Below the pieces are notes generated by a model. It did no database searches and had not been told where the DNA came from. It was given only the letters and a program-made list of their open reading frames with translations. A program made the position numbers and the translations under genes. 64,000 bases of DNA from Candidatus Sungiibacteriota bacterium (GTDB lineage Bacteria > Patescibacteriota > Minisyncoccia > Sungbacterales > HO2-52-23), in NCBI GenBank assembly GCA_016206285.1, contig JACQRW010000024.1, positions 1,376 to 65,375 of the forward strand, given 5' to 3'. Positions 1 to 8,986 of this stretch are shown here, piece by piece (the first letter of the stretch is position 1; each line of letters starts with the position of its first letter).

Positions 1-298
1 ATGTGGCATATGCCAAAGAGTTTTTGTCGCCATACAGCACATGGAGACCGTGGAGCGAGCACAGCGGGACTGGCTATCACAAAGACACTCCGCCGTTCCT
101 GTCCGTGTGGCTTATGATTCTTATAGACAACACGATGCACATCATGATCAATGCTGTTGCATTAACCTGCTTCTAGTCTCCCCCATACACAGTAAAGCCC
201 CGACCTCATTGCCGGGGCATTCTTTTTTCCTGTCTCAAAATATCGGCGCCGACTTGGATATCCATGTGATAACTTTTTATTTCTGCTATACTCAACAT

Positions 299-919
299 AT
301 GCGATCATTTCCAAAACATCTCCAAAAACAATTCAAGATTTTCAAAAAACTCAACGCTCCGGCAAAAATCCAAAACTTTCTCGACACATTGCCGATCAAC
401 TTTGAAAAAGACAGTGACACATGCGCGTCTCCCCTTACGGTGCTCCGTACCAATCAGGCGCACTGCATCGAAGGGGCGATGCTTGCCGCCGCAGCTTTGT
501 GGTATCACGGCAAAAAACCGCTTCTGCTTGATCTGAAGACAATCAAAGACGATTCCGACCATGTGGTCACGCTTTTCAAAAAGCATGGTTTCTGGGGCGC
601 TATGAGCAAAACCAACCATGCCGTACTCCGTTACCGCGACCCGGTGTATAAAAGCGTGCGCGAGCTTGCCATGTCATACTTCCACGAATACTTTTTGGAC
701 AACGGCAAAAAAACACTGCGGAGTTTTTCAGCCCCATTCAGCTTGCTCGCCTTTGACGACGAATGGCTCACTTCCCCTGAAAACCTCTGGGGCATTGCCG
801 AAGGACTCGACGACTCGCCCCACGTTCCCATATTTTTCAAAGACACAGCGCCAACGCTCCGCCCCGCCCATCCTCTGGAAATCCAAGCCGGCAAACTCGT
901 AGAGTACGAAGAAAGGTAA
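299..919 (+). CDS. Hypothetical protein, possibly a papain/transglutaminase-like fold Cys hydrolase (Cys in ...AHCIEGAMLAAAAL..., downstream His/Asp candidates). Start trimmed to the ATG at 299; the 41..298 extension of the ORF is probably not coding.
   Basis: ORF track 41..919. Internal Met MRSFPKH is preceded by TATACT (287-292) 6 nt upstream. Motif resemblance only, no search run. Confidence 0.35.
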   Translation: MRSFPKHLQKQFKIFKKLNAPAKIQNFLDTLPINFEKDSDTCASPLTVLRTNQAHCIEGAMLAAAALWYHGKKPLLLDLKTIKDDSDHVVTLFKKHGFWGAMSKTNHAVLRYRDPVYKSVRELAMSYFHEYFLDNGKKTLRSFSAPFSLLAFDDEWLTSPENLWGIAEGLDDSPHVPIFFKDTAPTLRPAHPLEIQAGKLVEYEER

Positions 920-925
920 TCCTCT

Positions 926-1765
926 TTACGGCTTTTCGGCATAAAAAATGCCGTATGACCAAACGCGATTTCTAAGAAGCGACCACTGGTAGTACGCGGA
1001 AAGAATATTTTTCATCTGAACCTCGGTTCGTATGCCAAGCCATTGCATGAGCTTCCCCGGCAGGTAGACGAAGATAGCCGCAATACGGAGCTTTGCGGAT
1101 GAAGGTAAAACATGCTTTGTCTCGTCGGAAAAAGAGACGTTTTTAAATCCGAGTTGTTCCAAATAGCCGTGAAATTCATTGATGTGAGCGAGATTCGGCA
1201 CCGCCCAACCATCCAGCCATTTTGCAAGATGATTTCTTTCTCGTGCAGAAATTTCGACCCTGTTTAAAAAACCATCGGCGATAATCAGTCTGCCACCCGG
1301 CTTGAGTAACCGCCAAGCTTCGGCCAAAAATTTTCTTTTATCCTCGGCATGACACACGCTCTCAATCGCCCAAATAACAGTAAAGGACTCTCCAGAGAAA
1401 GTCGTCCGATTGTAGTTTTGGAGTTCGAAGTGGGTAAGATCACTGACTCCGCATTTGTCGGCGAGTTCCCGGGCTTTTTGTATGTGTCTTGAAATAACAC
1501 TGACCCCCGTTACCTTGGCACCAAAATCTTGAGCAATCCAGACTGAACTCCCGCCGATACCACATCCGGCGTCCAGCACATGATCGGCGGCATTCACATG
1601 CGCCCTCTGCGCAAGCACACGATTCATGTTGTTCACCGCTTGGACATGAGTGACATGCTCTTTGTCATAATACCCATAATGAAGAGCGTAACATCGGCCA
1701 AGTCCCCAAAGTAATTTATAATCAATCTCGCACTGGTTGTAGTAGTCTATAATTTTCTCGTGCAT
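926..1765 (-). CDS. Class I SAM-dependent methyltransferase (CFA-synthase/Methyltransf_11-like)
   Basis: Motif I VLDAGCGIGG, acidic residue after beta2, LLKPGGRLII motif; 279 aa ORF. Confidence 0.75.
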   Translation of the reverse strand: MHEKIIDYYNQCEIDYKLLWGLGRCYALHYGYYDKEHVTHVQAVNNMNRVLAQRAHVNAADHVLDAGCGIGGSSVWIAQDFGAKVTGVSVISRHIQKARELADKCGVSDLTHFELQNYNRTTFSGESFTVIWAIESVCHAEDKRKFLAEAWRLLKPGGRLIIADGFLNRVEISARERNHLAKWLDGWAVPNLAHINEFHGYLEQLGFKNVSFSDETKHVLPSSAKLRIAAIFVYLPGKLMQWLGIRTEVQMKNILSAYYQWSLLRNRVWSYGIFYAEKP

Positions 1766-1775
1766 GGTTTTTTGT

Positions 1776-2132
1776 TTATCTCATTATCTCCGTCTCAAAC
1801 CATTGCTCCTGAAAGTGGATTGCCGATATTATTTGTACATCGGTCATCTCCACTCCGCGCGGCACGACGATCAGCTTGTCATCGTCATCATTATTGCGAT
1901 GCGCTATCGCGATGCACATGCCTTTTGCCAGTTGCATCGGTTCGTTTATGCCAAGGTAATACACATCCAAATCCTCGCCATCCGGAGCTTGTACTCCCTC
2001 AATAAAACCATAATTCACTTCATACACAAACCCGTGCTTCGGATGCCTGGATCCAAGCGGCCGGTCAATCACCACCTCGACTTCTTTTCCAAGATACTCC
2101 CTCGCCAGTTGCAATGATTTTGTTTCCTCCAT
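1776..2132 (-). CDS. Inorganic pyrophosphatase-like protein, short form lacking the canonical N-terminal and C-terminal segments
   Basis: YEVNYGFIEG...DGEDLDVYYLG matches the family I PPase core (NYGxIP...DGDPLDV), and KLIVVP/IHFQEQWFE match the distal PPase segment. Start taken at MEETKSLQ. Confidence 0.45.
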   Translation of the reverse strand: MEETKSLQLAREYLGKEVEVVIDRPLGSRHPKHGFVYEVNYGFIEGVQAPDGEDLDVYYLGINEPMQLAKGMCIAIAHRNNDDDDKLIVVPRGVEMTDVQIISAIHFQEQWFETEIMR

Positions 2133-2443
2133 AATGTTAAACACTCGGTGTTGCACAAATAGAATCAAAATTCACCGGAGAAGTATCAGCACGCTTTGGT
2201 CGAAATACTTTTACGACCCCGTCAAAATCATCATGAATAAACGCGCAAGCCGTAATGACTTGCTGCCCCTGCGCCGGTATTTCGCTGTCGTGTGAGATTG
2301 GGGTTAGCATTTGATTTATCACTGTTGCATTTCCGCATCTATTCTCTTGTCAAAATGATGACCTTTTTACTGCAAGGAAAGTCAGATTTTGTATACAGCT
2401 TGATACTTTGATTTTTCTATTTCCCATTGCTATACTGCTCATT

Positions 2444-2923
2444 ATGGAGGATATATCCGATTATCACAAGTTACGGGATGTCACACAAAAGTTTTATAGT
2501 GGGATCGGCATAATACGATCTCCAGCTCTCAATGATTCAGTCCATTTCACCGCCGAGGGTTTCAATCATATCATTTTCAAAGGTTCGCGCTCCGAGCGAG
2601 AGAAACCCTCGCAAATTCTCCGGTTCAAACTCTTACCGCTTGCCGCAAAACTCATCGGTCTCTCAACAACTCATCAAGAATTTGAGGAAACAATCAAAGA
2701 GTTTGAAGTCAAAAGCTACAAGAAGCGTGTCCGGCAATCAAAGCGGGTGCGCTACTGGGGAATTATTGCCATCATTGAAGGCAGGAAGATAAAAGTCATT
2801 GTACGAAGAATAGGCGAAAACGGAGCATTACACTTTTGGAGCATTGTACCGGCATGGACTACAAACAAATACAGAGACATCAGGTTCTTCACAACCATGA
2901 AAGGCAATCCAGACGAAGATTGA
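2444..2923 (+). CDS. Hypothetical protein (start taken at MEDISDYHKL)
   Basis: ORF 2408..2923 on the track; no recognisable family. Confidence 0.4.
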   Translation: MEDISDYHKLRDVTQKFYSGIGIIRSPALNDSVHFTAEGFNHIIFKGSRSEREKPSQILRFKLLPLAAKLIGLSTTHQEFEETIKEFEVKSYKKRVRQSKRVRYWGIIAIIEGRKIKVIVRRIGENGALHFWSIVPAWTTNKYRDIRFFTTMKGNPDED

Positions 2924-3205
2924 AATCAAAAATGCCGCCGTCAGGCGGTATCTTTGATGTGCCTGCCGTCGGCTTATGAATTAGCCGAATAGGGCTGACG
3001 CCCCACAAGCACATTTGTAGTATATCACATGCGAGGGAGGAGTACAAGAGAGAGTATAAATTCACTACGTTTTCGGCTTCGTACTATAGCGAGAGTATTC
3101 GTAGTCATTTTTCTTTGAATTAAAATGGCCAGTACTAAAGGATGGATAATCATTACCTCTTTCGGAGACTTTTACTCTACCATTTTTGACGCTCCTCGAA
3201 ACGCT

Positions 3206-3772
3206 TTATTTATCGCCAATTACTTTACCTTTTATGGATTTCATTAATGGGAAAATATAAAGCCCTGCGCCAATCAGTAAGGACATCATTAAAATTGAAA
3301 TGGAAACACAGGTCTCAGGAGTTCCGTGAAAGACGAACACATACAGATTGGAAATTACAGAGAAAATATAAGCATATATAAATGACTTTGTAATATTATT
3401 CCAAACCATGACTGAGTCATGATTTGGAACAGTTATACGCCATACTATATCTAAATATTCCGTTCTATTTTTTAGAATTTCAGTTTCCAGCCATGAACCG
3501 GAGGAAGCAAATGGATGGCTCTTAACAATTGAGCTAATCCTGAGCGATGCAGGAAAATATGTAAAAATAGCGATCGCTAATAGCCATAAGGTCCAAGACA
3601 AGAAATGTAGTAAGTATGAAGCGTTAGAGATAAGCTGAGGAAGAAAAGAAAGCAGACCTGCGATTGTCAGCATGACTCCAATCCTGCTCGTTTGATCAGA
3701 TTGAATCGCTCGAATATTTTCGAGTTGCTCATTAAAGAATGCTATTTTTTGTTTGTATATATCATCCTCCAT
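3206..3772 (-). CDS. Hypothetical multi-pass membrane protein in an AT-rich segment
   Basis: 188 aa ORF with several hydrophobic helices and lower GC than its neighbours. Confidence 0.45.
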   Translation of the reverse strand: MEDDIYKQKIAFFNEQLENIRAIQSDQTSRIGVMLTIAGLLSFLPQLISNASYLLHFLSWTLWLLAIAIFTYFPASLRISSIVKSHPFASSGSWLETEILKNRTEYLDIVWRITVPNHDSVMVWNNITKSFIYAYIFSVISNLYVFVFHGTPETCVSISILMMSLLIGAGLYIFPLMKSIKGKVIGDK

Positions 3773-3813
3773 ATTTTTATGGCTCCTCGGAGTTCGAACC
3801 TATATCAAATTTG

Positions 3814-3884
3814 CTGCGGGACTAGGATTCGAACCTAGATTAACGGATTCAGAGTCCGCTGGCCTGCCGTTAGCCGATCCCGCA
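3814..3884 (-). tRNA. tRNA-Gln (anticodon CUG)
   Basis: Manual cloverleaf: acceptor UGCGGGA/UCCCGCA with U1-A72, anticodon loop CUCUGAA, T-arm CUAGG-UUCGAAU-CCUAG, discriminator G, CCA not encoded. Confidence 0.75.
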
Positions 3885-3948
3885 ATGAAATAAAATTGCC
3901 TTATACAGGCAATTTTATCGTAGCACATTATTTGAAAAAATCCAACAA

Positions 3949-4857
3949 TCACACATGCAAATAACGCCGCACCGCAACAAAGCTGGAGAGGATGCCAAGA
4001 CCGACGCCAAAGGTGAGCATGATGAGAAAAAATTCAACCAGATGCAGAGTGAAATAGCTGAAGAGATTGAACTCCGGGACGAGAAACGCGAGCTTGGGCG
4101 ATGCATACCAGGTAAGCGGGAAGAAAACCACGGTGGTGACCAGCGCTGCGAAAAAGCCGTACAGAGCGCCGGACACGAGAAACGGGCCGCGGATAAACCA
4201 GCTGGTACCGCCGACTAAGCGCATGATGCCGATTTCCTCGCGCATGGTATAGATAACCAGACGGAGCGTGTTAAAAGCCACAAGCATGGAAATAACCGCC
4301 AGCACCAACGCAAGCACCGCGCCCGATGCGCGCACCGTAGCCAGAATAGAGCCAAGACGCTCCACTACGCGCTCATTTTCGGAAAAGTTAATTTTGTCCA
4401 CGATAGGATAATCTTTTTGCTGAAGAAAGCTTGAGATCGCGGCAAATCGCGAAGAGTCTTTTGCTTTTATATTGATGCTCGCCTCAAGCGGATTTTCTCC
4501 AAGTTCAACAAGCGCCCCAGTGATAAGCTGGTTGTCTTTATGCCGCTCTCGAAACGCAGCAAGCGCTGCATCGCGCGAGGTGTAGGATACGTCAGCAACA
4601 TCGGCGTGAGATTCAAGATCACTCTTCACGCTGAAAATATCCTGTTCGGATGCAGTGGGATCAAAATAGATGCTCACATCAATCCGCGATTCGAGCTGCG
4701 CCAAAATGGTATTTGCAAATGCGCCCAAAAACACCAGATTGCCGATCACGAAAAGCGCCAAAACCATAACCATGATGGTGGCAAGAGACAGCCAAGCATT
4801 TCGCCTGAAACTGACATATCCGGCTGAAAAAACTCGTTTTAATGTGGTAATGGCCAT
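3949..4857 (-). CDS. ftsX: Cell division ABC transporter permease FtsX
   Basis: 302 aa with 4 TM helices and a large periplasmic loop. Typical FtsX N-terminus (RRNAWLSLATIMV), immediately downstream of ftsE. Confidence 0.85.
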   Translation of the reverse strand: MAITTLKRVFSAGYVSFRRNAWLSLATIMVMVLALFVIGNLVFLGAFANTILAQLESRIDVSIYFDPTASEQDIFSVKSDLESHADVADVSYTSRDAALAAFRERHKDNQLITGALVELGENPLEASINIKAKDSSRFAAISSFLQQKDYPIVDKINFSENERVVERLGSILATVRASGAVLALVLAVISMLVAFNTLRLVIYTMREEIGIMRLVGGTSWFIRGPFLVSGALYGFFAALVTTVVFFPLTWYASPKLAFLVPEFNLFSYFTLHLVEFFLIMLTFGVGLGILSSFVAVRRYLHV

Positions 4858-4911
4858 AATGAATAATGAATAGTGAATAGAGATTAGTGGATAGCCAATA
4901 GTGAATGGAAA

Positions 4912-5622
4912 TCAAACGCTTTGTGTTTTTTCTTTTCCAATATCCGGCATATAGGTTCCGTTTTCTTCGTCGCTGGTGATATGGCCCTGCTCAAACGTGA
5001 TCACCCGGCGGCCAAGATTGTTCACCACTTCCCGATCATGCGTGGCCAGGATTACGGTAGTGCCAAGCCCGTTTACTTTAAGCAGCAGCTTCACGATCTC
5101 GGCAGTATTGCCCGGGTCAAGGTTGCCGGACGGTTCGTCCGCAAGCAGCACATCGGGACGGTTGATAAGCGCGCGGGCAATCGCGATGCGCTGTTTTTCC
5201 CCGCCGGAAAGCTGATGCGGAAAATTATTTTCCTTGCCCGTAAGCCCCACGAGTTGGATCGCCTGCGGCACATCTTCTTTAATCTCTTCCGGAGTCCGCC
5301 CAGCCACTTCCATGGCAAATGCCACATTCTCGTATGCCGTTTTCATGGGAAGCAGCTTATAATCCTGAAATACCGTGCCGATTCTCCTTCGGATCCGGTG
5401 CAGATCGCGGCGCGGCACGTCCGTAATGTCAAACCCGTCGAGAAAAATGCGCCCGGATGTCGGCTCCTCCTCGCGCAATAGCAGCCGCAAGAGTGTGGTT
5501 TTGCCCGCTCCGGACGTGCCCACAATAGAAACAAACTCCTTTGGCTCGATCCGCATGGTCACATCCTGCAGCGCCGTCGAATGGCTGTTATAAATTTTTG
5601 ATACGTTATCGAAGAAAATCAA
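4912..5622 (-). CDS. ftsE: Cell division ATP-binding protein FtsE (ABC ATPase); apparent TTG start
   Basis: Walker A GTSGAGKTT, signature LSGGEKQR, Walker B LLADEP. The N-terminus MIFFDNVSKIY is typical of FtsE. Confidence 0.9.
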   Translation of the reverse strand: MIFFDNVSKIYNSHSTALQDVTMRIEPKEFVSIVGTSGAGKTTLLRLLLREEEPTSGRIFLDGFDITDVPRRDLHRIRRRIGTVFQDYKLLPMKTAYENVAFAMEVAGRTPEEIKEDVPQAIQLVGLTGKENNFPHQLSGGEKQRIAIARALINRPDVLLADEPSGNLDPGNTAEIVKLLLKVNGLGTTVILATHDREVVNNLGRRVITFEQGHITSDEENGTYMPDIGKEKTQSV

Positions 5623-5706
5623 GGAAAATATCTAATTTCTAATTACTCTAATGCCTAATCAAATTCCGTACGTTGGGTTTTGATTAGATCAATTAGGAAT
5701 TAGGAA

Positions 5707-6808
5707 TTAGGAATTAAATTTGATCTCGCTTTCTATAAACTCATCCAACGCCCCGTCCAGCACTTTATCTATCTGCGATGTCTCGGTTCCGGTGCGGTGG
5801 TCTTTTACCATCTGGTACGGGTGCATCACATACGAGCGAATTTGGTTGCCCCACTCAATCTTCACTTTTTCGCTTTGCACGCCACGCCGTTCCTGCTCCT
5901 GCTGTTCGAGCTGCAGCTTATACAGCTTTGCGCGCAGCAGACTCATGGCCATTTCCCGGTTCTGGTCCTGAGAGCGCTCGTTTTGGGACGCCACCTGCAA
6001 TCCCGTCGGCACATGCGTGATGCGCACTGCGGTCTCGCGCTTGTTCACGTTCTGCCCGCCCGGACCGGACGACCGGAAAAAATCAATATTCAATTCTTCG
6101 GGTTTCAGCTCTGCCTCTTCCGGGGCAACCATTTCCGGCATTACATCCACCAGCGCAAAAGACGTGTGGCGCAACGATTGCGACGAGAATGGCGAGATGC
6201 GCACCAGCCGATGCACCCCTCCTTCTTTTTTCAGATAGCCATACGCATACGGAGCCTCCACCAGAATAGTCGCATTCTTAATGCCCCACCCGGCGGGTCC
6301 GCTTCCTTCTCCCCAGTGTTCATGGATGATTTTCGTACTCCATCCGCGGTTTTCAAAAAATCTTTGATACATGCGATAGAGAAGCGCTGCCCAGTCTTCG
6401 GCATCGCGCCCGCCCGCACCCGCATAAATCGAGAGTGCCGCATTGCCTTTGTCGTATTTTCCCGAGAAAAAAAGTTGGGTTTCGATCTGCCGCACCTCTT
6501 TTTCCAGGATGCGCCCTCGGGACTCGATCTCCTGCAGCATTTTTTCATCGCTGCCGGCCATGGCCGCAAGCTCCCGCAATGTTTTTACTTCATCCGCAAT
6601 CCGGTCATGCTGTTCGCTATCCCGTTTCAGCTGGCTTAATTCTTTGCTGATTGCCGCCGCGGAGTCATGATTATCCCAAAAGCCAGGCTGCTGCATCTCA
6701 TGTTCAATTTTCAAAACCTCTTGGCGCTTTCCGGCAACGTCAAAGACGGTCCGCGAATCCGCGGATTTTAGCATCTGTTTCGTTCAACCGCTGCAATATA
6801 TCTTCCAT
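5707..6808 (-). CDS. prfB: Peptide chain release factor 2 with programmed +1 ribosomal frameshift. Frame 0 is 6808..6740 (MEDILQRLNETDAKIRGFADRL-stop); translation shifts at CTT TGA C into the 355-aa frame ending at 5707.
   Basis: GGQ motif, SPF tripeptide, conserved RF2 core. The upstream short ORF ends in the canonical shift site CTTTGAC (6745..6739), and the downstream frame aligns to RF2 from DVAGKRQEV. Confidence 0.85.
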
Positions 6809-6851
6809 AGAATATAGTATACCATATTCCGCAAAAAAGAAAAAGGGGTGA

Positions 6852-6924
6852 AGCCACCTCCCGGGATCGAACCGGGGACCTACACGTTACGAGTGTGTCG
6901 CTCTGCCAACTGAGCTAAGGTGGC
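6852..6924 (-). tRNA. tRNA-Thr (anticodon CGU)
   Basis: Acceptor GCCACCU/AGGUGGC, D-arm GCUC-AGUUGGCA-GAGC, anticodon loop CUCGUAA, T-arm CCCGG-UUCGAUC-CCGGG, 73 nt. Confidence 0.85.
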
Positions 6925-6973
6925 ACATATTTCTCAATAGCTTACGTGATATTCCATTATTTTTCAACCGGCG

Positions 6974-7609
6974 TCAGATGACCTGCTTCTCGACCAAAAA
7001 ATCGAGCACGGCATGAAAGAGCTTGTCATGTCCCTGCTTATTGGGATGCAAGCCGTCTTCAAGGTCTTGCGGCTGCAGCATGGCAAGAAGATCCAGGTGC
7101 GGAACATGGTACTCGGCACATATTTCCTTAATGATCGCATCATACGTACCAATGCGTTCGTTGGAAAAATAAGTAGTTTCAAAGGGGGTGGTGCGCGCTT
7201 CATCAACGCCGGTCAGACCAATCCAGACAATCATGTGGGTGCGGTGCTTTGCCTTGTCTATGAGCATCCGGACATTTTCTCGAAAGCGGTCCGGAGATAC
7301 ACGCCCCTCGACTTCGCTCGGGACAAGCGGCATATTTTGCTTTTCGCGGCAGCTGGAGTCATTGGTACCCACCGCAAAGATGATAATATGCGGTTCTCGC
7401 GCTTCAGCCTCAATCTGAAACCGCTTGAGCACATCCTCAGTCGTATTGCCTGGAATGCTCAAGTTGTAGAGAAAGTAGTAGAGGGTAAACTTCGACTCAA
7501 GTGTTTTTTGCTGGAGCGTATTCTGCAGCTGGTCCGCCCACCCCAGATGATGCGTCCACTCCCCGTACGCAATGCTGTCCCCGAATATACAGATGTTTTT
7601 TGTCGGCAT
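6974..7609 (-). CDS. SGNH/GDSL family hydrolase (lipase/acylesterase-like)
   Basis: GDSIAYG block I with catalytic Ser, GTND block, DGLHPN block V (Asp-x-x-His). Confidence 0.75.
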   Translation of the reverse strand: MPTKNICIFGDSIAYGEWTHHLGWADQLQNTLQQKTLESKFTLYYFLYNLSIPGNTTEDVLKRFQIEAEAREPHIIIFAVGTNDSSCREKQNMPLVPSEVEGRVSPDRFRENVRMLIDKAKHRTHMIVWIGLTGVDEARTTPFETTYFSNERIGTYDAIIKEICAEYHVPHLDLLAMLQPQDLEDGLHPNKQGHDKLFHAVLDFLVEKQVI

Positions 7610-7615
7610 GGATGT

Positions 7616-8986
7616 TTAATTTTCTTTTTTCAATGCACCGGCAGTATACACGTTGGAAGCGTTCCAAAGCAACCAGCCGTGCTGCTCGACACGCTCGGCG
7701 GCATCAATCTGCAAACGAACTTTTTCGGCTCCGTACGGACGGCCGGCAAGCCGGTCTTGCTCATGGAAAAAATCTTCAAGCCATGGCCGCAGACGCACTC
7801 CGCCGACCGGCGGACGAGACATGATCTGGTTTATCGAGGTGTTTAAGCTTGTTGAAGCAACAGTGATCGTACTAGTTCCGATCCCATTCAGAAAATCTCT
7901 CGCCGCCCGCAAAGAACGCCCTACGGTTATGTCCGGATGTGTCCGCACCCCTTTTATATCAAGACTGATCGGCGGCAATTTACGCGTAGGATCCGCGGGC
8001 AAATACAACCCGCCATAATAATGCGACGGATAAACCATAAATGAAATATAGTCAAAACTCTCGCCAATATCCTGCAATCGCTGCCCGATCCCCGTATCGC
8101 TCGTAAGGAGCGCTACATATCCGAAAAGGTCCGCAGAAATGATAATGTCCGGTTTGTATGCGCGCATCTGTCGGCCCAGAAACGAGAAAAAGCTTTTCAT
8201 CACATCGTATTTTTGCGTTTTACGGTTCCATGACGGGTAGATCGCAGCCGCCACCTCTCCGTCCGAAGGAAACCGCACATAATCAAATTGCAGCTCATCA
8301 AATCCAAGATCAATCATTTGTTTGGCAAACGAAACAATATATTCGCGCGCGCCCTGCGATGCCGGATCAAGCCAGTACCCGCCCTTGTTGTCCTGCCAAA
8401 ATCCGCCGGCTGGCGGAACATTCGCGCCGGCGTTCCCCGGAGTTCGCAGATACTTTTTATTCGCGCACTGGTCCGATATTTTTTTCGGCGATGCGCGCTT
8501 CAGATACCATTCCGGATGGCTATTGATCTGTGAGGCGTCTTTGAAAACCACAATCCGCGCGATCGCCCAGATATTATTGCGATGCAGTTCGTCGAGTAAT
8601 GTTTTAAGATGTTTCGGATTATAATCCGCACCGCATACCTCTTTCACATCAATCACAATACCGTTCACCTCGGTGGTTTTTGCAAGCCCGATAATCTGAT
8701 TACGCAACCGGGTGGCGCCCGCCCCTTGGTCATTGGCCACGTCTGCAGTCATATAGAGCCCTCTGATGTCGCTTGATCTTTTGAGTGCTTCTTCGCGCAA
8801 CTCTTCCGGAGATTTCTCCGGCGCTTCCGACTGCAATAAGTCACCGGTCTGCAGAAGCGCTCCCATCATTCGCTTCACTCCCGATGGCTTTTCGACAGCA
8901 CGAGAAGTAAAAGTCAACAAACCGGCTACAGCCGCTCCCACAACCGCCACTCCGAAAAATCCTTTGAGAAAAGATTTCATATTCAA
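7616..8986 (-). CDS. Secreted putative polysaccharide hydrolase, TIM-barrel GH-like (DUF4015/GH114-like)
   Basis: N-terminal signal/TM segment; internal resemblance to putative glycoside hydrolase-like families (…DELQFDYVRFP…). Family assignment unverified. Confidence 0.45.
   Translation of the reverse strand: MNMKSFLKGFFGVAVVGAAVAGLLTFTSRAVEKPSGVKRMMGALLQTGDLLQSEAPEKSPEELREEALKRSSDIRGLYMTADVANDQGAGATRLRNQIIGLAKTTEVNGIVIDVKEVCGADYNPKHLKTLLDELHRNNIWAIARIVVFKDASQINSHPEWYLKRASPKKISDQCANKKYLRTPGNAGANVPPAGGFWQDNKGGYWLDPASQGAREYIVSFAKQMIDLGFDELQFDYVRFPSDGEVAAAIYPSWNRKTQKYDVMKSFFSFLGRQMRAYKPDIIISADLFGYVALLTSDTGIGQRLQDIGESFDYISFMVYPSHYYGGLYLPADPTRKLPPISLDIKGVRTHPDITVGRSLRAARDFLNGIGTSTITVASTSLNTSINQIMSRPPVGGVRLRPWLEDFFHEQDRLAGRPYGAEKVRLQIDAAERVEQHGWLLWNASNVYTAGALKKEN

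Noticed and set aside
41-298. N-terminal 86 codons of ORF 41-919
   Set aside because: Composition is unlike the rest of the ORF (Cys/His/Gln-rich junk), and a promoter-like TATACT sits just before the internal ATG at 299.
2137-2322. 61-aa ORF upstream of the PPase-like gene, considered as the missing PPase N-terminus separated by a frameshift
   Set aside because: The only similarity is the tetrapeptide EIPA. The aligned positions would leave a ~45-codon gap, inconsistent with a simple frameshift.
2924-3205. 280-bp non-coding stretch scanned for a small RNA gene (SRP RNA, RNase P, tmRNA, 6S)
   Set aside because: None of the conserved signature motifs is present, and only short local repeats were seen. 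It is treated as part of the possible island remnant instead.
5797-6639. 280-aa plus-strand ORF opposite prfB, and similar long antisense ORFs opposite infB (44121-45107), the pilus gene (57472-58177) and others
   Set aside because: They are antisense to strongly supported conserved genes, and their proteins are low-complexity and R/H/P-rich, as expected of GC-skewed antisense frames.
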